From NCBI RefSeq assembly GCF_006345805.1, contig NC_043019.1, forward strand, positions 32,053,360 through 32,117,359: a DNA stretch of 64,000 bases, in the 5' to 3' direction. Shown piece after piece: positions 1 to 11,989 of this stretch; within the stretch, counting starts at the first letter, position 1, and each line of letters opens with the position of its first letter. The DNA comes from Octopus sinensis (Eukaryota). The position numbers and the translations under genes were made by a program. The notes under the pieces were generated by a model. The model saw only the letters and a list, made by a program, of their open reading frames with translations. It ran no database searches and had not been told where the DNA came from.

Positions 1-174
1 TCATCAGTCTGTTAAGTCAAGGTCGGCTTTGAGCTGACCAAAAACAGCAAACTAATAACTTGTTTTTTTTAAAATACCTGTTACTTCGTTGCATCAGAAA
101 TCTAATATTTTGTTTCATCAAACTTGGCTACATGTATGTATGAGTATCTATGCATGTATGTATGTGTGTGTATA

Positions 175-205
<31 letters not shown>

Positions 206-212
<7 letters not shown>

Positions 213-294
213 ATCATGTGACCGACCAGACCATCAGATGTTGTTACACATCGCTGGTCACAATGTGCTTCGCATTGTTTTAGCCTTCGAATGA
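206..294 (-). mobile_element. 3' end of a tRNA-headed SINE, cut by the gap
   Basis: Reverse complement matches the 3' end of the copy at 36502-36803 (gaaggctaaaacaatg...ggtcggtcac..gatca) and runs into (TA)n. Confidence 0.75.
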
Positions 295-394
295 NNNNNN
301 NNNNNNNNNNNNNNNNNNNNNNNNNNNNNNNNNNNNNNNNNNNNNNNNNNNNNNNNNNNNNNNNNNNNNNNNNNNNNNNNNNNNNNNNNNNNNN
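295..394. other. Assembly gap (100 N)
   Basis: Run of exactly 100 n. Confidence 0.99.
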
Positions 395-419
395 AAATTG
401 TTGTTTTCTATGATTTGGG

Positions 420-460
420 ATATAGTGGTGAAAATATAAACATATGCATGGATGTATCTG

Positions 461-499
<39 letters not shown>

Positions 500-792
500 A
501 ATTATATATATATATATATATAATATATACACGTATATTTATATACATGTGTATGTATGTGTGCATATTTACGTGCATGTGTGCGCACATGTATATAAAT
601 GTGTGTTTGCATGCACATGAGTGTGTATGTATGCTCATATATATGTATGTCTGTGTATGTGTGTGTATGTATGCGCATGTGTGAATGTATATGCATGTAT
701 ATGCCTGTGTATGTATGTGCATGTATGTGTGTATGTATGCGCATGTATGTGTGTGTATGTGTATGCATGTGTGTATATATATATGTATGATT

Positions 793-825
<33 letters not shown>

Positions 826-930
826 TTATTTATAGATATATGATCACTGTGTGTATATATATGATCTGTGTGTGTCTGTGTATATTTATATGATCTGTGT
901 GTATGTAGAATAATGTGTGAAGAACTTAAT
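420..930. repeat. Compound (TA)n/(TG)n/(TATG)n microsatellite
   Basis: Seen directly; source of spurious [12 protein letters not shown] ORFs. Confidence 0.95.
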
Positions 931-1702
931 AAGAAACTGTAGAAAGGACTTAGAAAAGTATTTAATACTAGCTTCTTTATCAATTATTTTGTCCCGAAAA
1001 TATTTAATTAGTTGCAGAAACCTCAGCACAATTAATTTTATTATGCCTCAGCATTTGTTGTTTTTATTTTCTATTTGTTTTATTTAGTTATTATTAATTT
1101 TTATTTTTTGATTTTTACTGGTTTTTTTTTGCTTTTTATTATTTCATATTTAATCTTTTAAAAACTTTTTTTTTTTGTTCCATGTTTTGCGTAGTCAAAG
1201 AATTATTTTAATATTTGAATTTAGATATTTTGGTGGTTTTGGTTTGGCTTTCTTTATGTTATCCATTTTGGTACCCTCTCTCCCATTCTCTTCTTGGTGG
1301 GGCGGGAAAGGCAGTGATGAGTGGCAGACAGTTGTGTATTCGTTTTCCGCCACGGGTCAGTAATTAGAATGGAAAAGTATTTGATTCTCACGGCTTTACG
1401 AGTTTAATGAGAGGAAGATAGAGATATTAAAAATGGAAAAGGAAAAAAAAATAAATGAAATTCTGAAACAAATAAAAAATCATTTTCCCCCCCAAAAATA
1501 ATGGTAAAAATTATGTTAGAGGGAAGAATTGAGAGGAAAATTGCCAAATTACGTCTAAATATTGGCCAAATAACAGAATGGTAAATTGATAGACAAGCAA
1601 GAACTAAATAGGATTAAAGATAGGGTAACAGATTGTTGGTATTAGGTGGAGAGTTACAATTCTTTGAAGAAGCTATTTCTTTTTGGGTTCTTTTTTTAAT
1701 AT

Positions 1703-2110
1703 GCGCAGGAGGGGCTGTGTGGTAAGTAGCTTGTTTACCAACCACATGGTTCCGGGTTCAGTCCCACTGCGTGGCATCTTGGGTAAGTGTCTTCTACTAT
1801 AGTCTCGGGCCAACCAAAGCCTTGTGAGTGGATTTGGTAGATGGAAACTGAAAGAAGCCCGTCGTATATATGTATATATATATATGCGTGTGTGTGTTTG
1901 TGTGTCTGTGTTTGTCCCCCTAGCATTGCTTGACAACCGATGCTGGTGTGTTTATGTCCCCGTTACTTAGCGGTTTGGCAAAAGAGGCCGATAGAATAAG
2001 TACTGGGCTTACAAAAGAATAAGTTCCGGGGTCGAGTTGCTCGATTAAAGGCGGTGCTCCAGCATGGCTGCAGTCAAATGGCTGAAACAAGTAAAAGAGT
2101 AAAAAGAGAG
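1703..2110 (+). mobile_element. Composite SINE: tRNA/CORE-like head, central (TA)n(TG)n, 3' module with stem-loop and AGTAAAAG tail
   Basis: Head has A box (tggctgtgtggta) and B box (ggttcagtccc); gtggcaccttgggcaagtg resembles the CORE domain; about 25 near-identical copies in the window. Confidence 0.9.
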
Positions 2111-2126
2111 TATGCACACATGTTCA

Positions 2127-2300
2127 GGTGCAGGCGTGGCTGTGTGGTAAGAAGCTTGCTTCTCAACTATATGGTTCCGGGTTCAATCCCACTGTGTAGT
2201 ACCTTGGGCCGGTGTCTTCTTGATATAGCTTTGTGCTGACCAAATCCATGTAGGTGGATTTGGTAGACAGAAGCTGAAAGAAGCATGTTGTGTGTGTGTG
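2127..2300 (+). mobile_element. Composite SINE, head only
   Basis: Same head as 1703-2110. Confidence 0.8.
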
Positions 2301-2329
2301 TTCAAATTTATAGAAAACAAAAGACAAAG

Positions 2330-2420
2330 GCAGATAAGGGAACGACAAGCAAGGTGTATTAGTTTAACACTCAGGAAGAATGGAAAAGTCTTTAATGTTT
2401 CAAGCCTATGAACTTCGAGA
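2330..2420 (-). mobile_element. Degenerate Penelope-like terminal repeat fragment
   Basis: Homologous to 33165-33355 (ggcttgaaacattaaagacttttccattcttcctgag on the minus strand). Confidence 0.5.
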
Positions 2421-2690
2421 GAAATGATATATATATATGTATATATATGTGTGTGTGTGTGTGTGTCTCTCAGTAACCTAGCATTTCTGTGAAAGAAACT
2501 GATAAAATAAGGAACAAGCTTAATGCTTCAACTTCATCCAAAAATGTTTCTACTCTCGTTTGTTTTGGTATTGGAAGTTTTTCAGGAGGATGTTCAAAGC
2601 GTTTTCTTTGCCACCCTACAAAAACAATTTAGGGTGTGTGCTTGCACCCCCTGCATATCCCTGTTCCTGAGCCAATGTATATCTGTTATC

Positions 2691-2919
2691 TTAACCCTTT
2701 TGCATTTAAACTGGCCATATCTGTCCCAAATATTCTACCAAGTTATATATTGATACCATCCAGATCTGGTCTCTCACACCAACCCTATAATGTCATTCTG
2801 AAAATAAACAATTACATCTTCAAAATCTTGAAGCTTCAAGGTATTGCATTATTAATTTTTTTAAATTTGCATAAATAAGCATTACATTTGACAGAATAAT
2901 CTGAATGCATAAGGGTCAA
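2691..2919 (-). mobile_element. piggyBac-type MITE family B (~225 bp)
   Basis: TTAA-CCCTTTTGCATT ... AATGCATAAGGG-TCAA ends; homologous to 37042-37649 and other copies. Confidence 0.8.
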
Positions 2920-3001
2920 GTAGTCTTCAACACACATCCTGTAATCTGATACACACACATTCTAACTCAACAACCACTCACAGGCCATTATTACTTCAGA
3001 C

Positions 3002-3639
3002 CAGGGGTTCTCAATTGAGGTCCATTTGGCTCTTGAGTGTCCATATAAGACTTTACTGTTAAAATTTATCTCTATATATATAAACGGCAAAATGTCTGGC
3101 TGTGTGTGTGCGTGTCCCTTATACAAATCCACAAATTTTCAGTGAGAGGGCTCGCACTTTCTATGGTCATTGAAAACCGTCCAAGGGTGGCCGTGCACAT
3201 CTTTACATTTCCCCAGTCACCCTGCAAAGCCATTAAAAAATCAATAGAAGTGACTTTTTTGTGAATTTTCTATCCAAAACCCAATCAGAATGCCCGAAAC
3301 TTGATACGTCAATTGAATGCCAGCTAACTGTATGTGATTTGTTGGAGATTTGGACAGTACTCGCATGTATGTGCGTACGCATGCAGCTGTATTTGCATGC
3401 ACTAGCACTATGACCCGGCGTTGCTGGGTCATAGTGCTAGTGTACAATAAATTTGTTATACTTCTATACCACACAAAATATTTTCGCAGTTTTTTTTTTC
3501 TTTTTATACAATTCCTAATAATATTTAATTATAAAAATATATAATAGGGTTTTTTGAAACCGTGAATGGTTATGAGGGTCCAGTAGAATAGAACAAGAAT
3601 GAAAGGGGTTCGGAGGTGAAAAATGGTTGAGGAACACTG
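3002..3639. mobile_element. hAT-type MITE interrupted by a Helitron
   Basis: TIRs caggggttctcaa / ttgaggaacactg; 8-bp flanks cttcagac / ctttggac (6/8). Confidence 0.7.
3069..3440 (+). mobile_element. Non-autonomous Helitron family A
   Basis: A^TC start (tctctatatatataaacggc), CTAG^T end, terminal hairpin, no TSD; second copy at 24707-25060. Confidence 0.88.
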
Positions 3640-3774
3640 CTTTGGACAAACTTCCACAATTATCTTCTACCTTGGACAAACTTTCACATGATCCCTGTCT
3701 TGGACAAATTCAAGAACACAAGAAACCATAGTCAGTGATATTACCTTGGAATTACTTCATGCTATTGACCGAGG

Positions 3775-4090
3775 AAGGTACATGACTCAGTGGTTAGAGC
3801 ATCAGACTCACAATCATGAGGTAATGAGTTCAATTCCCAGACCAAGCTGTGTGTTGTGTTCTTGAGCAAGTCCCTCTATTTCCCATTGCTGTAGTTCACT
3901 CAGCTGTAAAAGTGAGTTGCAACATCACTGGTGCCAAGCTGTATCAGCCTTTGCTTTTCCCTTGGATAACATTGGTGGTGTGGAAAAGGGGAGGCTGGTA
4001 TGCATGGGTGGCTGCTGGTCCTCCATAAACAACCTTGCCCAGGCTTGTGCCTCAGAGGGGAACTTTCTAGGTGCAGTCCCATGGTTATTC
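3775..4090 (+). mobile_element. tRNA-head CORE-like SINE, degenerate
   Basis: tgactcagtggttagagc..gagttcaattcc head, then gtgttcttgagcaag...ctcagctgtaaaagtgagt; tail also present at 25450-25630 on the minus strand. Confidence 0.7.
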
Positions 4091-4440
4091 GTGAGGGAAG
4101 ACCAAGGAATGATGGACAGGAAAGTTAGGCTTTCCTTGTCATCATGGTCATGTTTATTGTCCATATTAATTCTGTTCTTCCATAGTTTGTTTTTTTAAAA
4201 TTCTTTTTATCACGCAGATGCAAAACTTAGAAAGACTTTGGGAGGAGAGAGACGTAAACATTTGAATTGCGAGTACTTGAGTTGTTGGGGACGACAATAC
4301 GGTTGAAATATTTGAATGGTCCCCCAAACCAACTTACTCTCTCATGTCCCTTTCTCTTCACATATGTACACATACATTCATACCTACACACACATACATA
4401 CATAAATACATACATACAAACAAATAAACAAACAAAAAAG

Positions 4441-4631
4441 TGAAAGGAGTGCAGTGAACTTGCTGTGAGGAGTGGAATAGCCAATGTTTCGGATATTCAA
4501 CTCAAGGTGAGAGGATGTAAACTCTGACTTTTTTCTCTTTTTCTTCTCTTTTTCTCTGCCCCCTGACGAAACATTGAATCCAAAACATTGGATATTCCGC
4601 TTCTCATGGCAAGTTCGCTATACCCCTTTCA
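4441..4631. repeat. Imperfect ~60-bp inverted repeat (possible MITE relic)
   Basis: 4441-4500 pairs with 4574-4631 with 10 substitutions and a 2-nt indel. Confidence 0.8.
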
Positions 4632-4695
4632 TGATTTTCTATATTTTTTCAAGTCTTGCCAATGCAGAGCTATCAGATTATTGACAGATTATTAT

Positions 4696-4740
<45 letters not shown>

Positions 4741-4762
4741 CACATATATATACACACACACA

Positions 4763-4793
<31 letters not shown>

Positions 4794-5687
4794 GTTATCA
4801 GACTGCTAAGTTGTCCACTTGATGTAAAGTAGATATTTCCTCTAGTTATATATATTTTTGGGGAGGTATTTAAAAATCAAAAGAAAAAGAACGACAAAAG
4901 AGACAAAAATCAGGACATTTCTGTTCCCATACATAATAATGTGTAGTGTTGATAATAAGCGTGTGAGAAAAATTGTTACAAAACCACAAAGCAGGTGAGC
5001 CACAGGAATTCTGCGAAACAACTTGTAGATGTTGTTGCCGTCATAGTGTCAAGATGAATTTACTTTAAGTAAGACTATGATAAAAGAATGTACCAGCATT
5101 GATCGTCCTGTTTTGTTTTGCAGGACCTGGCATGTCAAATCTAATATTCTGTTTACTTAAGATGGTGGTAGTTGAGTTTGGGAGGAGATTTAGCTGGTAT
5201 TTCTTGCAGGTTACATGACCACATACAGGATCTATTTTCGATGTTGACATTACTTTATTGTCCATGTCTCTGTGCTCTTTTGGGTTGAACGGAATTTGTC
5301 ACCAGCTCTCACCTGTTTCCTAACGAGTTAGTATTTCCTCGTGACCAGGCGTGCTTTTGTCGTCAAAGCGAACATCTTTATCAGGCAGCGAGTCAACAAA
5401 TACACTGGCAGACAGGAACCACTCTTCACACAGGTAAAAAGATTGAAAGCTTACCTGGTACGGTCATGCATCTCACCACAACTCCGTGTCCCAAAGCTAG
5501 TCTTCAGGGCCCAGTTGAGGGAGGACGAAAAAGAAGCAGACACAGAAAATCCTGGTTTGAGAGCATCAAGGACTGGGCAAATCACAAGACCGTGAACTTG
5601 CTACACCTGACAGAATAGAAACCAGTGGTGATGACCGACTGTGAAAGCATCTGGCTGCATCAATTAAGTGGCTTTGACGATGATTCG

Positions 5688-6040
5688 TTAACCCTTTGGC
5701 CTTCAGATTACTCAGTCAAACACAGCGCTTATTTATTGAGATTGATTTGAATTTAATCTTGCATTATCAAGTAGCTTCAAGATTTCAATTATGTTGATTG
5801 TCTATTTTTAGAATGACATTATATGGTAGATCTGGCTGATTTGAACAAAACAACACGTTGATATACGGGCCTGGTATGGCTGGTTTGAACATACAAACAT
5901 GTAGAATATATTGGCCTGGTATGGCCGGTTTGAACATACAACCATGTAGAATATATTGGCCTGGTATGGCCGGTTTGAACATACAAACATGTAGAATATA
6001 TTGGCCTAGTATGGCCAGTTTGAACATACAAACATGTAGA
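5688..6040 (+). mobile_element. piggyBac-type MITE B with internal 45-bp tandem repeat (~3.8 copies, 5868-6040)
   Basis: ttaaccctttgg start; unit ggcctggtatggccggtttgaacatacaaacatgtagaatatatt at 5868, 5913, 5958, 6003; right TIR absent. Confidence 0.8.
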
Positions 6041-6796
6041 CCTTGACTCATGAATCCTTGTCAAACCATCCAACCCATACCAGAGTGAAACATTGATGTT
6101 TGATGGTGGTGATGATGGGTGATGGTAATGGTGGTGGTGGTGGTGATGATACAGCGTAAATAAGGTTAAGAAAAAATATTATGAAATAGTAAAAAAAAAA
6201 AAGAAAATGAAGCTCAGCTGTACCAATATGACAGGCATTCTTATGTATAAATCTGAAAGTATTGTCCAATCCCTTTCGTGCTGAAGTGAAGAGGAGGATA
6301 AAGAAAATGGATGTGAGATGGGGTGGTGTTGGTGGTGGTGAGTCAAAAGTAAGTAAAAGAAAAGAAGACCAAAGTAAAAAAAGACCAAAAAAAACCCAAT
6401 GTATTCCACGCCACTTAAATGTCTCACCGATAACATCATCATGCTTGTTGCCATCATCATCTTCATCGCCGTCATCATCGTCATTATCGACAGTTAAAAT
6501 AGTGAAACAACTGCGTAATTTTCCCACCTACTTGACACACACACACACACAAAATAAAAAACAAAAATTGTGAATTTTAAAATATTTTCACTTAAGCTTA
6601 TTTTATTTCTATATATTTCTATATTTTTTTTTATTCTTTTCTTTTGTAAATGAAATGGTGATAAAAGTGTGAATTGTTACAAGAACGAGAGACGGATTCT
6701 GCTAGCTTCCTTGTACTCTTTATTCCATTTTCAACTGCTTTCTGTGAGGCACAGTGGAATAATAATATAATAATAATAATAATAATAATAATAAAA

Positions 6797-7340
6797 TGCC
6801 CTGATGCAGTATCAGGCAGTGGCTCTCGTGGCTTCTGATCTTAACTGATTGGGAGTGTTATCATGTACATTGTTTTGTCTTGGTATAAAAGATGGGCTAC
6901 AGCAAATATTCTGCTCAACACCACAGATTTGCTTCTCAGTTGTTTGACCATAACCAGTTGAGCATGTTCCTTAGTGGCTGACGATATGTGCATCTCTGAT
7001 TACGAGCAGAAGTTGTCGGGGAGCATCATAGCCGTGTGTTGAAAGGAATTCTTAGAGGTTTGGATAATTCACCTCTGGAAACATGGGTGTTTCGTTCAAC
7101 ATCCTTAAACAACCTTATTCGGGGACCTTCTGAGCAGGATGGGCTACTCAACCTGAAGAAAATTCTAACTGGGCCCCACCTGCAAGGTCGTGCACTGTTT
7201 ATCTTAATATGAGATCCCCATGTCACGCACATATGTTTGTGATGCATGTGCCTAGTGTACCCTTATCAGACGGGTAGTCATGATGGGTATACTGGGCTTC
7301 GTATATTTCACTTTGATGGCATGAACTGCTCTCTCACTCA
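6797..7340. mobile_element. ~545-bp non-coding element embedded in (AAT)n
   Basis: Complex, GC-richer sequence with pure (AAT)n on both sides; recalled as a common octopus repeat; class inferred, not shown. Confidence 0.5.
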
Positions 7341-7524
7341 ATAATAATAATAATAATAATAATGATAATAAGTGATGGTGATCAGCTCAGTGAAGTATAC
7401 TGAAGATTTTTAATTCGTCTTGAGATATTTTATGGTTTTGGAAAACAACGAAAGTGAACATAGCAGCAAGTTTGTGGATGTGTGTTCTAAATGGTTATTG
7501 GGATTCTTCGAAGAATTAATTATA

Positions 7525-7890
7525 GGTGTGGCTGTGTGGTAAGAAGCTTGCTCCCCAACCACATGGTGCTGGGTTCAGTCCCACTGCATGGAATCTTTGG
7601 GCAAGTGTCTTCTACTATAGCCTCAGACCAACCAAAGCCTTGTGAATTGATTTGGTTGACAGAAACTAAAAGAAGCCCATCGCGTGTTTGTGTCTGTTTG
7701 TCTCCCAGCACTTTTTGAGAACGAGTGTCAGTGTGTTTACATCCCCATAACTTAGCAGTTGGGCAAAAGTGATTGATAGAAAATCTACCTGGCTTGAGAA
7801 AGTAAATAAGTTTTGGGGTTGATTAATTTGACTAAAATTTCTTCAAGATTTGGCTTCAGTCTAATGACTCAAACAAGTAAATGATACAGC
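7525..7890 (+). mobile_element. Composite SINE, degenerate
   Basis: Head and tail homologous to 1703-2110. Confidence 0.75.
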
Positions 7891-7967
7891 AAAGAAGAAG
7901 AAAAAGAAAGACCCAAAAAGAAAACAAAAAGATTACTCATTAGATGCTGGAAGTAGAGTGTCGCAAT

Positions 7968-8190
7968 CATTATCATCGTCATCGGCTTGGTCGTTTAACA
8001 TCCATGTTTCATGCTGGCATGGGTTGGATGATTTGACAGGATCCAGTGGATTCAAGGTCTGCATCATACTTCAGTGTCTGCTTTGGCATGGCATCCCATA
8101 GTTGGACACCCTTCCTAATGCCAAACACTTTGCACCATACCCTGGGTATTTTTGTTCATACCACCAGCACTGTTAAGATCACCATGCTGC
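7968..8190 (-). mobile_element. RTE LINE 3' UTR fragment with (GAT)n tail
   Basis: catcatc..gtttaacatccatgtttcatgctggcatgggttgga..cccttcctaatgcc. Confidence 0.65.
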
Positions 8191-8939
8191 TCATAAGACT
8201 ACAAATTCCAAGGGAGCAGTGGTCAGCTATATGCTGCAGGCAGACACTTGCCATCAGTAATTACTCAGGGTAGGCAGTTGGTGACCATTATGTAGTAAAA
8301 CACACCCTAAATAGGCGAAATACAGGCAGGTGCATAAATACAAGTAAAAGAGTATATATGTGTGTGTGTGACAGATTTCTACAGAGTGAGACTGAATTTT
8401 AAGAAGTGAGGCTCTTCACCACAGAGCTGTGACTCCACCTTATGTAATATAATAATAAATAAAAATGTCTGGCATCGACACAAGACCAGAAATATTCTTG
8501 GCACTGGTAGGAAACAGTTCATTATATCGACCCAGGTGCTTGATTTATCCTTGGCAAAGATTGAACTCAGAATGTGAAGAATCACGCGTAAATACTGCAA
8601 AGCAATTTATCCGACACTTCTAACGGTTCTGCTAATTCTAACTTGTGTACTGAAGTGGCCACCCATTGTGGATTGTGTACTGGTGGATGTGTCGAATAAC
8701 CGCATCTCCCGGGCTGGCATTTATGTGGCCACCAGGAAACAAATTAGCGAAATGTCGCCAGCACTGGCTGCTGGGTTAGTGGTTGATTGGAGCTGGCACC
8801 TGTGTCAGCAGGCAGTGCTGACGGTAGTAAGCACACTCCGAACCAATGTTTTGGCTACTAACAAGCGACAACTTTGCCTCTCCGGGAGGGCAACAGGCTT
8901 CTGCTTCAGAGTTATTGCTGTGATATCAGGAGACATGTT

Positions 8940-9040
8940 AAATATGTCCATGATTACATGTGTGCGTGTGTGCATGGGTGTTCATATGTGTATATATATA
9001 TACATGTGTCTATGTGTATGTGTATACATATGTATTTATA

Positions 9041-9075
<35 letters not shown>

Positions 9076-9203
9076 TTATGTATGTATGTATACATGTGTG
9101 TGCATATGTATATATATGTGTGTATATATAGATGTATGTGTGTATATATGTATGTGTGTGTGTATGTATATATATATATATATATATATTCATGTGTGTG
9201 TGC

Positions 9204-9248
<45 letters not shown>

Positions 9249-9436
9249 TGTATGTATGTATATATGTATGTGTGTGTACACACAGACACATACACTCCTA
9301 CATATATACACATACATTATGTGGTAAGGTTTCAACAAGTAGAATAGCACTTGATCAGCTAAGAGAGTAAGATAATGTTATAACATTATATATACATATA
9401 TATGTATATATATGTATGTATGTATATATCCATATA

Positions 9437-9474
<38 letters not shown>

Positions 9475-9650
9475 GTATGTATATATCCATATGTGTATGT
9501 ATATATCCATATGTATATGTATATTACCATATCTATGTGTGTGTGTGTGTATCCATATATATACATATATGTATATATCCCTATCTCTATATATATATAT
9601 ATGTGTATGTATATATGTGTGTCTGTGTGTGTGTATATATATATATATAG
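8940..9650. repeat. Compound TA/TG microsatellite field
   Basis: Seen directly. Confidence 0.95.
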
Positions 9651-10044
9651 ATTTACCTTCTATGAGAAGTTAACAATCATTTTAAAAACTGTGCATTATT
9701 AGGAAACATTTAAGTCTGCTTATTATCTGGCTTCAAATTCATAGAACTCTTAATACTTCATAATGGATCGTTACATTCTCTAGGATGTCTGGAAAACATA
9801 TATGTGATTTAGCTGATGAATACTGGACATTGTATTTGCTACAATATTTGCAGCTTTAAATAAAATGTTCTTAGTACAAAACAATTGTACTAAACTACTA
9901 ATCCATTCTTGTTGCTTTTTTCTTTGGTTATAATCATCCCACATTATTTTATGGTTAATACCATAAAGAATTCTGGTGCATCTAAGTTAAGTACCATATT
10001 CATTTGAATTAATTGGAATTCACTTGAATCTTAATTTTTTGCTG

Positions 10045-10081
<37 letters not shown>

Positions 10082-10097
10082 GCGTACACACACATAT

Positions 10098-10489
10098 ACT
10101 CTTTTACTCTTTTACTTGTTTCAGTCATTTGACTGCGGCCATGCTGGAGCACCGCCTTTAGTCGAGCAACTCAACCCCGGGACTTATTCGTTGTAAGCCC
10201 AGTACTTATTCTATCGGTCTCTTTTGCCGAACCGCTAATTGACGGGGACGTAAACACACCAGCATCGGTTGTCAAGCAATGCTGGGGGGACAACACAGAA
10301 CCACACAACACACACATACACATATTATATATATATATATATATACATATATACGACAGGCTTCTTCAGTTCCGTCTACCAAATCCACTCACAAGGCATT
10401 GGTCGGCCCGCGGCTATAGCAGAAGACACTTGCCCAAGATGCCACGCGGTGGGATTGAACCCAGAACCATGTGGTGGTTAGCAAGCTAC

Positions 10490-10490
<1 letters not shown>
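10098..10490 (-). mobile_element. Composite SINE
   Basis: Reverse complement of the family consensus, slightly 5' truncated. Confidence 0.88.
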
Positions 10491-10526
<36 letters not shown>

Positions 10527-10746
10527 GCATACACACACATATATTAATTTGATATTTGTTTTAATGTTCAGTTATGATAAAAACAATTTCACATTCATCT
10601 GATCGGTTACTCTTCTTGTGTAGAGTACAAGTTTATTCTTAATCAACAATGTTGCTGACAGTGACTTCGAAGTATCAATGCGTATGTATATATACGTGTG
10701 TGTGTGTGTGTGTGTGCACGTGCATACATATATGTATTCAAACACA

Positions 10747-10975
10747 TGGTTTGGTTGTGTGATGCAGATGGATGCCAACAGCTCCTTAAAGAAGTGCCGA
10801 TCTCTCTAAGTCGATGGAGCACGTGGAAGTGGGAGGCCCAGGAAGATATGAGATGAAGACATAGGATGCTGTACCTTTCAGGTGAGATGTTAAAGGACCA
10901 AGACGCCTGGCACCTTGCAGTACTCAGGAAGATCTATACTCCGCAGCAGAAGTATTAAGACCAGCCCCAGCTGCC
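10747..10975 (+). pseudogene. RTE-clade LINE ORF C-terminal remnant
   Basis: Translates WFGCVMQMDANSSLKKCRSL*VDGARGSGRPRKI*DE, matching the RTE end pattern WxGHVxRM...GRPRKxW; two in-frame stops. Confidence 0.8.
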
Positions 10976-11014
10976 AAGGGGTGATGGCAGGGACAAACGC
11001 AGACGAATACGCAG

Positions 11015-11097
<83 letters not shown>

Positions 11098-11104
11098 TAT
11101 ATAT

Positions 11105-11262
11105 ACGACGGCCTCTTTCAGTTTCCGTCTACCAAATCCACTTACAAGGCTTTGGTCGGCCTGAGGCTATAGTAGAAGATACTTACCCAAGGTGCCATGC
11201 AGTAGGACTGAACCCGGAACCATGTGCTTGGTAAGCAAGCTCTTACCCACACAGCCATGCCT
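11105..11262 (-). mobile_element. Composite SINE, head only
   Basis: Homology to the family head. Confidence 0.8.
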
Positions 11263-11346
11263 GTGCCTTATATATATATATATATATAGATATATATATA
11301 TATATATTAATATATATATATATATATTATATATATATATATATAC

Positions 11347-11388
<42 letters not shown>

Positions 11389-11429
11389 ATATATATGATT
11401 TGTTTATTTCACATATAAGTATGTGCATA

Positions 11430-11817
11430 TCTCTCTATATATAAACGGCAGTTTGTCTGTGCGTGTTCTGTGTGTCTGTTTTTCTTGTACCCTCACTCTG
11501 ACCACGGCTTTCAACCGATTCTGATGAAACTTGACACACACATAGCCCAATGTCATAATTCAAAACTAACGCAGCGAAAATTTTGAAAAGTTCCCCCAGT
11601 TCTGAAAAAAATCGATAAATTCGACATGGGGTCGAGAATCAGAAACCCAAACCACAGACCGTCTAGGGGACGCAACAACTCCACCTTTTTTAACTCTCAA
11701 AAAAAAATTACCAATTTTTTTTTTCCATTTTTTTGCTATTTTTTGGCTATAACTCTCTAAAAATGCTTTATAGTTATTTCCCTTACAAACCTGAGCAACG
11801 CCGGGCGATACTGCTAG
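11430..11817 (+). mobile_element. Non-autonomous Helitron family B
   Basis: A^TC start, 3' cc(t)gagcaacgccggg hairpin then cgatactgCTAG^T; second copy at 32560-32944. Confidence 0.88.
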
Positions 11818-11989
11818 TCTATCTATATGTCTGTCTATATCTATCTGTTTATATTTCTATCTCCCTATACACACACACACACACTTATCACTTTTACCAG
11901 TCAAATAATAAGCGAATATATCCCATCATATGATTTAAATGACGCATCTATCACTTGTTGGGCAATCATGCCCAACCACATATATGTAT

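Noticed and set aside
4218-4253. Possible 36-nt plus-strand microexon (AKLRKTLGGER)
   Set aside because: Good acceptor but weak donor, and no other support.
5065-5265. DPVCG motif suggesting a YHS domain
   Set aside because: Five-residue match only; the frame is closed by a stop 11 codons upstream.
8581-8940. Signal-peptide-like ORF start (TLLTVLLILTCV)
   Set aside because: That segment is the reverse strand of a decayed Meta-like SINE head; the ORF ends in microsatellite.
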